A DNA stretch of 64,000 nt from a virus. The position numbers and the translations under genes were made by a program. Where the stretch lies: positions 83,530 through 147,529 of the IMG/VR virus record IMGVR_UViG_3300036832_001373; one strand, given 5' to 3'. Position 1 is the stretch's first letter. Every line of letters starts with the position of its first letter. Positions 21,993 to 32,407 of the stretch are shown here, one piece after another. Under the pieces are notes generated by a model. The model saw only the letters and a program-made list of their open reading frames with translations. It did not search any database and was not told where the DNA came from.

Positions 21993-23215
21993 TGTAAAGC
22001 TTTAACTATATACGTAGAAGTTCCGTTAATTCTTCTGACTGATACAATAAACTGATGGCCTGATACCGTATCGAAAGCCTCACCTACATTGGCACTAACT
22101 GACCAGGAACCAGAAAAAGTTATAGCTCCGGCAGTTGAACCGTTAATCACCAGAATATCAGTTGAGCCATCTAAAGTTGGAGGAGTAAACGCGAACGCTC
22201 CATTACAATTTAGATACTGTAAAGGCCCGGATCCAGGATTTACAGTTAGAGTTCCAGCAGCTATATTTCCTATGAAATAGGAAGTTATATTAACTCCGCC
22301 AGAATAAGTCTGATTTTGAGCTGTCAGGCTCATAGAGCCTGAAGCAGCAACTCCAGTTGCTCCAGCTGGACCAGTAGGCCCAGTAGGTCCTATAGTAGCA
22401 GCTGGTCCAGGTGGTCCAGAAGGTCCAGTAGCTCCAGAAGATCCTTGAAGACCCTGAGCACCAGTTGGTCCAGCAAACCCTTGAGGTCCAGGACCACCTT
22501 GAGGACCTATGGCTCCAGCTGGACCAGCTGGACCTGTAGGTCCAGGAGCTCCAGCTCCAACTGGACCCTGAGTACCTTGAGGTCCTGTTGCTCCAGTAGC
22601 TCCCGTAACGCCAGAAGCTCCTCCTCCCTGAGGCCCTTGATTACCTTGAGGACCAGTTGCACCAGTAGGTCCTATAAATCCTTGAGCTCCAGTTGGACCA
22701 GGGACGGAGGGTCCAGTAGCTCCAGTTGCTCCTAGACCTCCCTGAATTCCACTTGCTCCAGTAGCACCTTGGGTAGTAGCCGTTCCAGGAGGCCCAGTAG
22801 CACCTTGAGGACCAGTAGCGCCAGGAAGAGAAGGACCAGTAGAGCCAGTTGCTCCTACAGTATTAGCAGCTCCAGGAGGTCCTTGAATACCTTGAGGACC
22901 AGCTAGTCCCTGAGGTCCTGTAGCTCCTTGAATACCTGAAGTTCCCTGAGACCCTGTAGCTCCTTTAGCACCAGAAGATCCAGTAGCACCTATAGTAGTA
23001 GCAGGTCCAGGAGGACCTGTAGCTCCTACCGGACCAGTAGGACCAGTGGATCCTGGATCTCCACTTGGAAATACCTTACTTGATATCGATCCTGCTGCTA
23101 CATTTCCTTTCTGAAGTTCTTCATAAATAATATTTTGTATATCACCAACAGAGTAAAACTGTGATTGAGGAGGTGGAACAGTAGGACCAGAAGCACCAGA
23201 GGCACCGTTAGACAT
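21989..23215 (-). CDS. Collagen-like fibre protein
   Basis: About 230 aa of GXY repeats plus a C-terminal beta domain. Confidence 0.75.
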   Translation of the reverse strand: MSNGASGASGPTVPPPQSQFYSVGDIQNIIYEELQKGNVAAGSISSKVFPSGDPGSTGPTGPVGATGPPGPATTIGATGSSGAKGATGSQGTSGIQGATGPQGLAGPQGIQGPPGAANTVGATGSTGPSLPGATGPQGATGPPGTATTQGATGASGIQGGLGATGATGPSVPGPTGAQGFIGPTGATGPQGNQGPQGGGASGVTGATGATGPQGTQGPVGAGAPGPTGPAGPAGAIGPQGGPGPQGFAGPTGAQGLQGSSGATGPSGPPGPAATIGPTGPTGPAGATGVAASGSMSLTAQNQTYSGGVNITSYFIGNIAAGTLTVNPGSGPLQYLNCNGAFAFTPPTLDGSTDILVINGSTAGAITFSGSWSVSANVGEAFDTVSGHQFIVSVRRINGTSTYIVKALQ

Positions 23216-23698
23216 TTAAGATCCAATACTAAAGAAAGAGTGAGCTACTATATGTACGCATCCTTGAACTGCTATAGGCTCTCCACGCATAGGATTTAGG
23301 TGAGCTACTCTAGCATAGTGGCTTTCTATATGTTTTACTTCTGTACTGGAAACTTTCCACCACAACGATTGTGTAGTACCTTGGTTATTTCTAACTGCTA
23401 TCAGTATAACTGATTCGTTTGGAATATAGTCCTTAACTTTAACTATAGCATCTAAAGGCAAGTTAGCTTCATAGTTCTGACCTAGAATACTTATTACTTG
23501 ATAATATCTATCATACTGAGGAACTATAGTAATATTGTCCTCAGTTCCGTAGTTAGAAATAAAATCCCCATAGAAATCAATTTGATTTTCAACTATAGGT
23601 CTTCGTATCCTAGTGACAAGCCCCATCATATCTACGTTAACATCTCTGAGTTCAGCAAGGTATTCTGCAGAACGATTAGCCAGAACTCTGAAATTCAT
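23216..23698 (-). CDS. Putative neck/head-closure protein (gp14-like)
   Basis: D-x-YG motif, size and position; weak call. Confidence 0.4.
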   Translation of the reverse strand: MNFRVLANRSAEYLAELRDVNVDMMGLVTRIRRPIVENQIDFYGDFISNYGTEDNITIVPQYDRYYQVISILGQNYEANLPLDAIVKVKDYIPNESVILIAVRNNQGTTQSLWWKVSSTEVKHIESHYARVAHLNPMRGEPIAVQGCVHIVAHSFFSIGS

Positions 23699-23991
23699 GT
23701 TTTCATTTTACCACAGTGAATACATTTTCCGTCTTTGTATTCATGATTGGTACACTCTTTTAGCTTAACAGACTCAATTCCATACTTTTCGTTGTACCAA
23801 TAAGTGGTTCCTTCTGGACATCCTTCCAAGAACCATTTGTTAGCAATCTGGTAGCGTTTATTAATATACTCATTTATCGGAGTTTCGTCAAGATCTACTT
23901 TAATCTCCTCCAACTTGGAAAGAGATTTATAACGAATAACCGAGATTACCCTATTGTCTTCTTTCTCACAGATGTAAGTTTCGAGCGTCAT
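23695..23991 (-). CDS. Hypothetical protein with C-terminal Zn-ribbon
   Basis: CxxH...CxxC; RBS AGGAG. Confidence 0.55.
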   Translation of the reverse strand: MTLETYICEKEDNRVISVIRYKSLSKLEEIKVDLDETPINEYINKRYQIANKWFLEGCPEGTTYWYNEKYGIESVKLKECTNHEYKDGKCIHCGKMKT

Positions 23992-24060
23992 AGTCGTTGT
24001 ACTCCTACGTAAAGCAGAGTGGAGAATTGCCTGCTCTGCTATAGAGAGGTGGTATATAAT

Positions 24061-25518
24061 CTAGTTAGCTCCTCCTGCACCTGCTGGTAGACCACCCCCA
24101 ACCGAACATATGAGGGCGCCATTAATCATCTTTAGAACCCCAGGATGTCCATGGTCATCGCATGGGTCTCCCTCACATGGACTTGCCGGAGCAGCAGGAG
24201 GATCTCCTGGAGGCTCCTTACCAGAAAGCGGGACTATTCCTCCGTCCTCATCAAGACAAGTGAACAAAACTTCTTCAGAAGTCTCTCTGATCTCACAGAC
24301 CAGAGATTCTCCAAGTTTCTTTACTTTTCCTTCCTTTCCATTGAAAGAACACTTATCTCCTTCTTGACAATTCTCAGAGAATGTCTTGAAGTCGGAGAAA
24401 TGATGAGTATAAGTGGTATTGTCAACTACACAACACATTTTTCCTTCAATGATCTTGAGTTTACCCTTCCCATTGGGTCCGCAACTATCTCCCTCGAAGA
24501 ACACTTCGTCTAAGTCTAAATCTTCTAAGAACGACTCTTCTACCATACAAACGAAACTGTCTCCAAGCTTGTACAAAACTCCTTGTTTTCCACCTTCTCC
24601 CTGACAAGGATCCCCTTCCTTCTTATCTCCGATATCTTCAGCCAACTTATACGGAACGTATTTAGTATAGAAACTTTCAACAACTTTTTCTTGTTCAGAT
24701 TCCTGGAGCCTGATTTCGTAGAAGGTGTCTTCATTCTTTCGATCAAGGGTCCTAGTTACCTTGATTGGAAGAGTTTCCAAGATAGTATTCAAAGCTGCCG
24801 GACGTTCACCATTAATCGAAACTCTAACTGCACCCTCTACTGTACGGATTTTCCAGTCCTTTGGACAAGCTTCATTCAACTTATTCTGAAGGTAGCCTAG
24901 AAGCTTAGAGTCAACTTCTCTGTAGAGACTTTCGGTTTCTACTATATGACGAGTTTCTTGAGCTCGATTCTTTTCTCTAATACTAACTACATTGATATTG
25001 TCACTAGCTGGAACATCGATACGATCAAACTTGGATAGAATTTTAAGTTTCTCACTCAAAGGCGTATCTTTAACTATAGTACGTACAGGTAACCTGATAT
25101 GGGTAATCCCCTCTTTAACATAAGACTTCTCAAGTGAGGTAGACTTATTGCTTAGATAGGATGTCACCAGGTCAGGACTAACTCGTTCCTTGAGGAGTAT
25201 GTCCGATAGAGACAGATCTTTAAGATCGATAGCATCAGACAGTTGATCTTCAAAGAAGAGATTGTCTGAAGCAAATTTAAGATCTTCTGCTCTAGTAAAC
25301 TTATAGTATTTAGTCTCTACAATTTGTTTATCTACTTTCTTAGATTGAGGATCCTTTGGATCGCTCAACTCTTGAATAGTAGCAAATCTATGATTTACCA
25401 CATATACATCGTTATTTTTATCCACCTCAAGTTGAATAAACGCACCTTTTGGATAATTAATCTTATTAGACTTGGTCTCGAATACAAAATCGGTACCAGT
25501 GAAAGTTGCCATACGCAT
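24061..25518 (-). CDS. Acidic hypothetical protein with four Cys-bracketed repeats (possible head internal protein)
   Basis: Four EGDxC...GxL/V...VC units; many x-x-E sites. Confidence 0.6.
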   Translation of the reverse strand: MRMATFTGTDFVFETKSNKINYPKGAFIQLEVDKNNDVYVVNHRFATIQELSDPKDPQSKKVDKQIVETKYYKFTRAEDLKFASDNLFFEDQLSDAIDLKDLSLSDILLKERVSPDLVTSYLSNKSTSLEKSYVKEGITHIRLPVRTIVKDTPLSEKLKILSKFDRIDVPASDNINVVSIREKNRAQETRHIVETESLYREVDSKLLGYLQNKLNEACPKDWKIRTVEGAVRVSINGERPAALNTILETLPIKVTRTLDRKNEDTFYEIRLQESEQEKVVESFYTKYVPYKLAEDIGDKKEGDPCQGEGGKQGVLYKLGDSFVCMVEESFLEDLDLDEVFFEGDSCGPNGKGKLKIIEGKMCCVVDNTTYTHHFSDFKTFSENCQEGDKCSFNGKEGKVKKLGESLVCEIRETSEEVLFTCLDEDGGIVPLSGKEPPGDPPAAPASPCEGDPCDDHGHPGVLKMINGALICSVGGGLPAGAGGAN

Positions 25519-25574
25519 GGTCTAGTCCTTTCTAGATTCTCTCTATCCTATGAAGTCTTTAAGTGTTAGGACTC

Positions 25575-26207
25575 TTATAGATGATCTTCTATAGCTGCAT
25601 TATTAGCAGCAAAGGTTTTTAAGAGCCAGCAATTTAAATCTGTGGTGTGACGCTTCATTCTAGGACCTTTACCTGACTGACCACAATAAGGACAAGTAAA
25701 AATTTGTTTATTAATATGATTAGGACTAGCAACTGAAACTTTCTGAGCATTCCCAGTAAAGAACATATTTATATCTGGTCTTTGACTAATATGAGTTCCA
25801 CTAGTTAATTGAGACACTATTCCTGCTTTGCCAGCTGCTCCTGTATGAAACGGAGTTTTACCAGTCTGACTTGAATGAGTTCCTCTAGCTAATTGGGACT
25901 TAGAACCACGGTGCCCTCCAATTTTACCAGCTCTTGATCTATCTTCCGAAGATAATTTAGAACTCCACGTATTACTGTAATGCTGACCTCTAGGGTAATT
26001 AAACGTATCTGCCCACTCCCACTCCCGATCTCCTGCAAACCTAGCTCCAACTGAAATAGGCCAAGTATCTAGTATCTCTATTATAATATGATCACCTCTT
26101 TTTCTTTTATGCGTAAAACATCTTTGCTCAAAGTCACTAGTACATCCTACGTAGTTTTCAGAGTGAATTACGTAGAGAACATAGCACCAGATCCCATCAA
26201 CGAACAT
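25575..26207 (-). CDS. Putative homing endonuclease (GIY-YIG-like N-terminus, Zn-ribbon C-terminus), family member 1
   Basis: YVLYVIH...YVGCT...R...AGDREWEW; C-terminal SPNH...CPYCG. Confidence 0.6.
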   Translation of the reverse strand: MFVDGIWCYVLYVIHSENYVGCTSDFEQRCFTHKRKRGDHIIIEILDTWPISVGARFAGDREWEWADTFNYPRGQHYSNTWSSKLSSEDRSRAGKIGGHRGSKSQLARGTHSSQTGKTPFHTGAAGKAGIVSQLTSGTHISQRPDINMFFTGNAQKVSVASPNHINKQIFTCPYCGQSGKGPRMKRHTTDLNCWLLKTFAANNAAIEDHL

Positions 26208-26222
26208 TGTTACACCTCATTC

Positions 26223-26597
26223 TTATATTAGTGCTCCTTCGTGTCCTCGTATTGAGATTATATCAGCTACATCCTTGAACTTCCTATCCGTTACCTCTGG
26301 GATGTACGGACTAGGAGCATTATCTAGGATAGAAGCTTTAAGCGATATCTCTCCATCTTCTTCTGCTACAAGTGAGAAAGATGCTGGCTTTATCACCTTG
26401 GATAGATCCTGGAGAGCAGTTTTATGTCTAACACGAAGTACTGTTCCACTACTGCCTATATACAAATCGCCATTCTGGTCTTGGATATAGGAGATTGACT
26501 CGCCTTCACCTATAGTTACCAATCCTTTGTTAGTTAAAATTTCTATTTGTATAATCGATATACAATTAGGATCGTAGTTATCAGTAATTAACATCAC
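26223..26597 (-). CDS. Hypothetical protein
   Basis: Operonic ORF with RBS GGTGA. Confidence 0.55.
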   Translation of the reverse strand: MMLITDNYDPNCISIIQIEILTNKGLVTIGEGESISYIQDQNGDLYIGSSGTVLRVRHKTALQDLSKVIKPASFSLVAEEDGEISLKASILDNAPSPYIPEVTDRKFKDVADIISIRGHEGALI

Positions 26598-27081
26598 CGC
26601 CTATCTTCTTATAGAAGTTTGTATGTTGAAGAGTACTAGCTAGCAAGAGAAGATGTTTGCACATACCAGGAATCATATTAGGGTTCCTTAGTGGATAACG
26701 AGGATCCCAGACAGGGGTTTTTCTAACATATGGTTTAAATCTTGTTCCAAACGAACAACCTCTGACTTGGTTAGCGAATGAAAAGTTAAAGTAGTATGCC
26801 TTGCAACTACATCTTACTCCAACGTTATTATTAGGAGAAGGAGCTTCTTTAGTAACATCAACTCCGTAAAAAGCAATCTGAGAAATATAAGCTCCCATAG
26901 ATAATTCGTCTGGATTACCTATTCCTGAAGCCCTAACTGTAGCTGTCGCTACTCTAATTTTAGTACCAATGTAAGAATTAAATCTCATAGACTCGACGAC
27001 GTTTCTGCCGTCCATATAACGTATCATACCAATAGGTAGGACAGCTTCGGTTCCATTAACTAGTTGAAGAAGAGTTATCAT
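26581..27081 (-). CDS. SWIM zinc-finger protein
   Basis: CSC...CKH SWIM signature. Confidence 0.7.
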   Translation of the reverse strand: MITLLQLVNGTEAVLPIGMIRYMDGRNVVESMRFNSYIGTKIRVATATVRASGIGNPDELSMGAYISQIAFYGVDVTKEAPSPNNNVGVRCSCKAYYFNFSFANQVRGCSFGTRFKPYVRKTPVWDPRYPLRNPNMIPGMCKHLLLLASTLQHTNFYKKIGGDVNY

Positions 27082-27716
27082 TAAACATGATCTTCAATAG
27101 CTATATTGGTGGCAGCAAAGATACCTAATATTGGACAATTTAAACCAGAAACATGACGCTTCCACATAGCTCCAAAGCCAGACTTTCCACAATAAGGACA
27201 ACTAAAAAATTGTTTTGATATATGGTTAGGACCAGCAGCTGATAATCTACCTGCTACTCCAGTAGAAACCATATTTATATCAGGTCTCTTACTTATATGG
27301 TTAGGTCCTTTAGCTGATGCTCTTTGAGCTACTCCAGTCTGGAACCCAGAAGTCCCAAGTTTAGCTGCTCCACCTTTACTACCTCCAATCTTACCAGCCA
27401 TTGATTGATGTTCAGATGTAAAATATAGCTCAGCTGTACGTTTTCCTGCGTGTTCTCTCATTTCCTGAGTAATACTTCTACTATTCCAATTCTCGGAGTA
27501 ATGAGGACCTCTTTCATATCCAAATGCATCACACCATTCCCACTCCCTGTTACCAACAAAATTATCTCCAACAGACATTGGCCAAGTATCTAATATTTCA
27601 AACTCCCCATCTTTGAATCCTTGTCTATAGCAACGTCTAGGATAATCGTCAGTACAACCTACCTTGACACCAATTATGTGATATACTACATAGCACATTA
27701 TACCATCGATTAGCAT
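27081..27716 (-). CDS. Putative homing endonuclease, family member 2
   Basis: Close paralog of ORF 25575 (ILDTWP, REWEW, HISxRPDINM, FAAxNxAIEDH). Confidence 0.6.
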   Translation of the reverse strand: MLIDGIMCYVVYHIIGVKVGCTDDYPRRCYRQGFKDGEFEILDTWPMSVGDNFVGNREWEWCDAFGYERGPHYSENWNSRSITQEMREHAGKRTAELYFTSEHQSMAGKIGGSKGGAAKLGTSGFQTGVAQRASAKGPNHISKRPDINMVSTGVAGRLSAAGPNHISKQFFSCPYCGKSGFGAMWKRHVSGLNCPILGIFAATNIAIEDHV

Positions 27717-27718
27717 TC

Positions 27719-28219
27719 TTAACTCCCATAGTCTACACCAATTATTAGTGACGCGCTGGCGGCAGGGTTGGCGACATCTTGTTCTCGTGGACGAGAACGA
27801 GGGTCGGGGTAGTATTTCTTTTTCTTTGGAAATTTGTCATCTTGATTGTTTGGATTAGTAGGTTGAGTTACAGGAACTGTAGACAAAGAGTTAGGACCAG
27901 ACGAGGCAGACCAGAAGCCAGGATGGTATCCGTAAAGTGCACTTGAGGTAACTTGAGAAGTATCTTCGTTCATATCATCTCTAAAATGTTTATACAAACT
28001 TTTAACAACAAGTCCAAGAGTTGGATTTACAGCTCCGGCTATTAAGCCTAAAGTATGACCAGTAATATCTTTATTCTTTTTACTAGAGATAGCTTTCTTT
28101 CCCATATTTCTAGCAGTTCTAGCTAACTGCTGTTTATAGGTACCATACGGCTTAGTTGGAGGCCACTGTCTTTTCGCTTCGTCGTAAACGTCTTCTAGAA
28201 CTTCTAGAACGTAAGACAT
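27719..28219 (-). CDS. Putative head internal protein (leader MSYVLEVLE)
   Basis: Leader nearly identical to that of ORF 39755; basic body. Confidence 0.55.
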   Translation of the reverse strand: MSYVLEVLEDVYDEAKRQWPPTKPYGTYKQQLARTARNMGKKAISSKKNKDITGHTLGLIAGAVNPTLGLVVKSLYKHFRDDMNEDTSQVTSSALYGYHPGFWSASSGPNSLSTVPVTQPTNPNNQDDKFPKKKKYYPDPRSRPREQDVANPAASASLIIGVDYGS

Positions 28220-28227
28220 ATCAGAGC

Positions 28228-29286
28228 CTATTGATTCTGACCACTCTTAACCCAGGCACTTCTATTTCTTGACCAGTGCATCTCATGACCTTCATGGTCG
28301 TACATATGACCTATAAAGCCAGCTGGAGCACCGTTATCTTCATATCCGACAGTATGTCCAGGACCAAGATCTCTAACTTGGTCAATTGCATCTTTCTTGT
28401 CATAATGTTTTCCAACAACATTTTGAGACGGATCAAAAACATGATATGTTCCAGCTTCTTTTAGTCCAAGCTTTTTAGCAACCATTTCTCTAACTTTTTC
28501 CCTGATAACATTGTTTGGTTCAATTTGACTGGCAAGATGCGGTGCTCCTTCAGGTGAAGCTGAAGACTTAGTAACAGTCACACCACCTACCAAGATGTTA
28601 TTCATCCTACCAGGATCTAAAAATTGATTTTCAGACTCAGAGCCCACGTCGAAATACCAATTTCCAGGTGCTCCTAGGATCCGACCTACACGAATTTTTG
28701 CAAGACCAGATCTCATTCGACGGTGGATGTCCCAGTAGACTGCTTGCTTAGCAATCTGAGTTCGACTCGGAGAAGAGAATCTCAGAGTTACAGCTTCCTG
28801 AATTGTATCCATGGTATCTTCATTCTCCTCATGAGCTGGAATTCCTTGAGCCCTTCTAGCTACTTCGTCTCCATCAAAATGAACATCTACCCTATGACCA
28901 GAAGGATGTTTAAAACTTCTTTGGAATAAATCTCCAGAGGATGGTCCGTAGCTAGTAGCATGGTAGTTTCTATTGAACAGAGTCTTATGAACTTTATTTC
29001 GTCCAAGTCCTTTTAATTTTGCAACTTCTGGATCCGATAGGGGAGAATCGGGGTTCACTCCTCCAGACTCTTTAACTCCACTTCCTGAAGTTATCTCTCC
29101 AGCCATGGAGGTATCACAAACCATTTTATCTCCAACTCTTTTCAGAACTCCAGACTTACCTCCTATAGTACAAGCTCTACCCTCTTGAGTAAACCATTGA
29201 AGAGGTTGTTTTGGATCTGTCGTAGTCCAAGTTTGAGGTTGGATATCAAAATTAGCTGAAGTTGTTGACTCTCGAAGAAGAGACAT
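28228..29286 (-). CDS. Putative multi-domain head internal protein
   Basis: Leader MSLLRE; one Cys-bracketed repeat as in ORF 24061; segments separated by VKE/IQE/IRE/LKE sites. Confidence 0.55.
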   Translation of the reverse strand: MSLLRESTTSANFDIQPQTWTTTDPKQPLQWFTQEGRACTIGGKSGVLKRVGDKMVCDTSMAGEITSGSGVKESGGVNPDSPLSDPEVAKLKGLGRNKVHKTLFNRNYHATSYGPSSGDLFQRSFKHPSGHRVDVHFDGDEVARRAQGIPAHEENEDTMDTIQEAVTLRFSSPSRTQIAKQAVYWDIHRRMRSGLAKIRVGRILGAPGNWYFDVGSESENQFLDPGRMNNILVGGVTVTKSSASPEGAPHLASQIEPNNVIREKVREMVAKKLGLKEAGTYHVFDPSQNVVGKHYDKKDAIDQVRDLGPGHTVGYEDNGAPAGFIGHMYDHEGHEMHWSRNRSAWVKSGQNQ

Positions 29287-29370
29287 TAGGGCCTCCTTAT
29301 AAAGTAGGCAACAACAACGACAATTACAACTAGAAACACAGCACCTATTATCATTTCGTTGTAATTCATC

Positions 29371-30129
29371 TTATCCCCAATAGATAGGTATAATCATTTG
29401 ATCTGTTACTTCTTTATCAACCTTGGCTTGCAAATCGTCTCTTTTCTTCGTTAGAGCCGTCATGTCTAATTTAAAGTCAGCGTTGACAGCTATATTGCTT
29501 CTAGCAGAGATTACTGTATCAAGAAAATTAACACAAGCCATTTTACGGAAAAGATCAATTTGTCTATTTGGAACGTATTGAAGTCCTACTGACTCATCAA
29601 ATCCAAAAGCATAAAATGCTGTAAACTGTCCATAAGCATTTGGAGTTACGTATCGTATAACTCCTAGAACTTCATCGTATTCAACTTCAATCTCACCTGT
29701 TATAATTGATACTTCTGTACGATAGCGAACTATTTCAGCTAAATCAAGAGAGCCAGGATATACTTTATAGGATGGATTAGGATAAGGCACACCCAATAAA
29801 TAGCTATCAATATTGTTACCGATAGCACCAAGAGCTCCATCTTCAATTCTGGATACTCCTAAAAAGTAAGCTGCAGCTTGAGCCTGAGGATTGTCCATAA
29901 ACGCGTTGTTAGTTATATTCTCAACTGTATCTGTTACATTACCTTTAGCTGCTGAGGAGTAATAAGTTCTCCAAGTATAAGGAAATGCTAGCCAGTAGGA
30001 TACCAAGGCGCTATTGATAGCAGTTTGAATTGTATCAGATTCTTCATCAATAGATTGAACTATTGGATCACCTATTTGAGCTTTAATATAGTTTATAACA
30101 AGTTGTTGTTTAGTCTCACTTAGCATCAA
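29371..30129 (-). CDS. Neck / head-tail adaptor protein (T4 gp13-like)
   Basis: N-terminal LVINYIKAQIGxP...I..AI..AL and C-terminal P-x-xWG pattern. Confidence 0.6.
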   Translation of the reverse strand: MMLSETKQQLVINYIKAQIGDPIVQSIDEESDTIQTAINSALVSYWLAFPYTWRTYYSSAAKGNVTDTVENITNNAFMDNPQAQAAAYFLGVSRIEDGALGAIGNNIDSYLLGVPYPNPSYKVYPGSLDLAEIVRYRTEVSIITGEIEVEYDEVLGVIRYVTPNAYGQFTAFYAFGFDESVGLQYVPNRQIDLFRKMACVNFLDTVISARSNIAVNADFKLDMTALTKKRDDLQAKVDKEVTDQMIIPIYWG

Positions 30130-30631
30130 ACTGCTCCAACGCCATAGAGCGTAGGGACTCTAGAGACTTTTTCTGGTAGACGTACCCTATCTTTTCAGCT
30201 ACATAGTCTCTCAAAGCTTCCCAGTCTACAGTTTCTTCAATCTCCTTTCTAGAAGAAAAAGCGGAAGGCTTAGGTGCGAACTCAGGTTGAGAACCTTCGC
30301 CTTCCGAGTCTGGGGAGGAAACCACATCAGCATCAGCCGACGCCTCCTCAGGGATGTCAAGTACCTGAGGAAGAGGTTTAGGTGGGTCTGGAGCCCTGGA
30401 TGAACTAGACCCACCCCCAGTCTCACTAGTGCTTTCGCCGGGACTATCACTAGGAGTCTGAGCTTTAGGGTTAACTATATCTTCAGCTATAACTATAAAT
30501 CCAGCCCTATGTAAAACTATTAGTTCTTTTGTTACTTGAACTCTGAGTCCTATCTTCGGTACGTTATACCCTTGAGCGCAAATTGAGTCCTTTCCCTTCG
30601 GAGGAAGTATAGTCATCATTTTTCCAAGCAT
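30116..30631 (-). CDS. Hypothetical protein with disordered linker
   Basis: ORF with RBS, overlapping the neck gene. Confidence 0.55.
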   Translation of the reverse strand: MLGKMMTILPPKGKDSICAQGYNVPKIGLRVQVTKELIVLHRAGFIVIAEDIVNPKAQTPSDSPGESTSETGGGSSSSRAPDPPKPLPQVLDIPEEASADADVVSSPDSEGEGSQPEFAPKPSAFSSRKEIEETVDWEALRDYVAEKIGYVYQKKSLESLRSMALEQFDAK

Positions 30632-30764
30632 ATTGACCCCTTCTAGTGTTACGGTTTTATTATATCGTAATGATCATGAATATCCCAAGTTATCAATGAG
30701 ACAATTAAAATCCATACTATAATTGCTGTAAAGGTTAGTATGAGTATAAACTTAAGTTCGTCAC

Positions 30765-31892
30765 TCAGTGGAAGTTACCAAGACTTCGCTTGTTAGTTGG
30801 GTTGTAAGATTTACAATTCCAGTCGTGACCAGGAGTCCATAATCCTCTAAGTCTATCAAAGTAATCTTGATAGCGATACTTAATCACATCTACAGAGAAT
30901 CTATTCTGGGCTCTTCGACGTATTCTCTCGTAGTCTAAAGTTTTACACTCTTCCATAGCCCACATAGTTTCACCTAAAGTCCTAGTTCTAAATCCATCAA
31001 CTCCATCCTTAATATTTTCTGGAAATGCTCCCCAATCAGTACAAATTACTGGAGTCCCACAAAGAAGAGCCTCAACAGACACTCCACCAAATGGTTCTAC
31101 ATAAATAGTAGGAACGAATACTGCTTGAGCCCTAGACATTAATTTACCACGTTCTTCAACTCCAACTAATCCAACATACTCAATATTAGGACCTTTTGGA
31201 ATATCTCCTTGATTACCAGCAACGATTAATTTATTATTAGTATGCTTGCAAGCTTCTACTGCAATATCCACTCCCTTTCGTTGTATCAATCTACCTATAT
31301 AAAGATAATAATCATCTTTCTCTTTCGAGAACGGAAACTCAGATGTATCGAAATAATTTGGGATAACTTCGTCGTAAAATCTACCATCACACTTAAAAGG
31401 AGAGCCATACATAGCAGTATAAACAGAATGCATCCAAGCGTAAGATTCAAATACAACAAATTTAGAACATACTCCCTCATATCCTACTCCATACTCTACA
31501 CATAGAACATCACTAAAATAATTCACTATTGCAATCTGAGCTACTCCCATACTGATACATATAAAATTTTGTTTAGTCTTACGAAGCATAATTTCATTGC
31601 ATACTCTCTCATTAGTCATCATCCAATAATTCAAACTGTTGTCCCATCTAATATTATGCATATCTTCAGGACCGGTAACATTGATTAAATCTTTTTGTTC
31701 CTTCTTGGAAATAATAGTAATTAACTCATCACAATCTGCTTCATTTTCTTCAGAAGCATATAGATAAACTGTGTTACCCATAGACTTCATCATATTACAA
31801 AATTTAATTATTTTCTGAGTATAGGCACAAGCTAGATATTTTTGGGTAGTTTGAGTGTGGGGGAGTGAAACTACGTGTAACACGTGCTGCAT
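30765..31892 (-). CDS. Glycosyltransferase, GT-B fold (GT4 family)
   Basis: YIGRLIQRKG and EPFGGVSVEALLCGTPVI (EX7E motif); start taken at MQHVL. Confidence 0.9.
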   Translation of the reverse strand: MQHVLHVVSLPHTQTTQKYLACAYTQKIIKFCNMMKSMGNTVYLYASEENEADCDELITIISKKEQKDLINVTGPEDMHNIRWDNSLNYWMMTNERVCNEIMLRKTKQNFICISMGVAQIAIVNYFSDVLCVEYGVGYEGVCSKFVVFESYAWMHSVYTAMYGSPFKCDGRFYDEVIPNYFDTSEFPFSKEKDDYYLYIGRLIQRKGVDIAVEACKHTNNKLIVAGNQGDIPKGPNIEYVGLVGVEERGKLMSRAQAVFVPTIYVEPFGGVSVEALLCGTPVICTDWGAFPENIKDGVDGFRTRTLGETMWAMEECKTLDYERIRRRAQNRFSVDVIKYRYQDYFDRLRGLWTPGHDWNCKSYNPTNKRSLGNFH

Positions 31893-31894
31893 AA

Positions 31895-32392
31895 TTAGCA
31901 ACTCCTAAATTTACAATTATCAAAATGCCATCTTTTCATAACACTACTTTTACCTCTAAATTCACACCAAGGACAAACATATTCAATAGAATTAGCAGCT
32001 CTTACCGCTACTCCAGTTTGAAACCCAGATTTTCCTAATTCTCCAGTCCTTCTTCCAGCTCTTCCGTCGAAGAAAGTATTACCTTTACCAGTCTGACTAT
32101 TGTGAGTACCACTTTTTAACTGAGATTCTACACCTTTCCTACCATTCTCTGCTTGTTGATCAGAAGTTTGAGTAGAACCATAGTTTCTTTCATAAGGAAC
32201 TCTATCTATTGGTAGCCCATAATACCATTGCCAAAATCTCTCTACTTCTCCTGCAAACTTAGCTCCACAACTATCAGAAACTAAGTCTTCAATTTTGAAG
32301 GATCCCTCCTTGAATCCTTGTTCTACACACCTTTTAGGATATCTGCTATCACATCCTATCTTCACATCACGAACATGGTAGATCGTGTACAT
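31895..32392 (-). CDS. Putative homing endonuclease, family member 3
   Basis: YTIYH...KIGC...AGEVERFWQ; C-terminal CPWC...MKRWHFDNC. Confidence 0.6.
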   Translation of the reverse strand: MYTIYHVRDVKIGCDSRYPKRCVEQGFKEGSFKIEDLVSDSCGAKFAGEVERFWQWYYGLPIDRVPYERNYGSTQTSDQQAENGRKGVESQLKSGTHNSQTGKGNTFFDGRAGRRTGELGKSGFQTGVAVRAANSIEYVCPWCEFRGKSSVMKRWHFDNCKFRSC

Positions 32393-32407
32393 TGGTTACC
32401 TCTAGTG

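Noticed and set aside
13500-22735. Many plus-strand Pro/Gly/Ser-rich ORFs (e.g. 13500, 13707, 18856, 19244, 22445)
   Set aside because: Antisense shadows of collagen GXY repeats.
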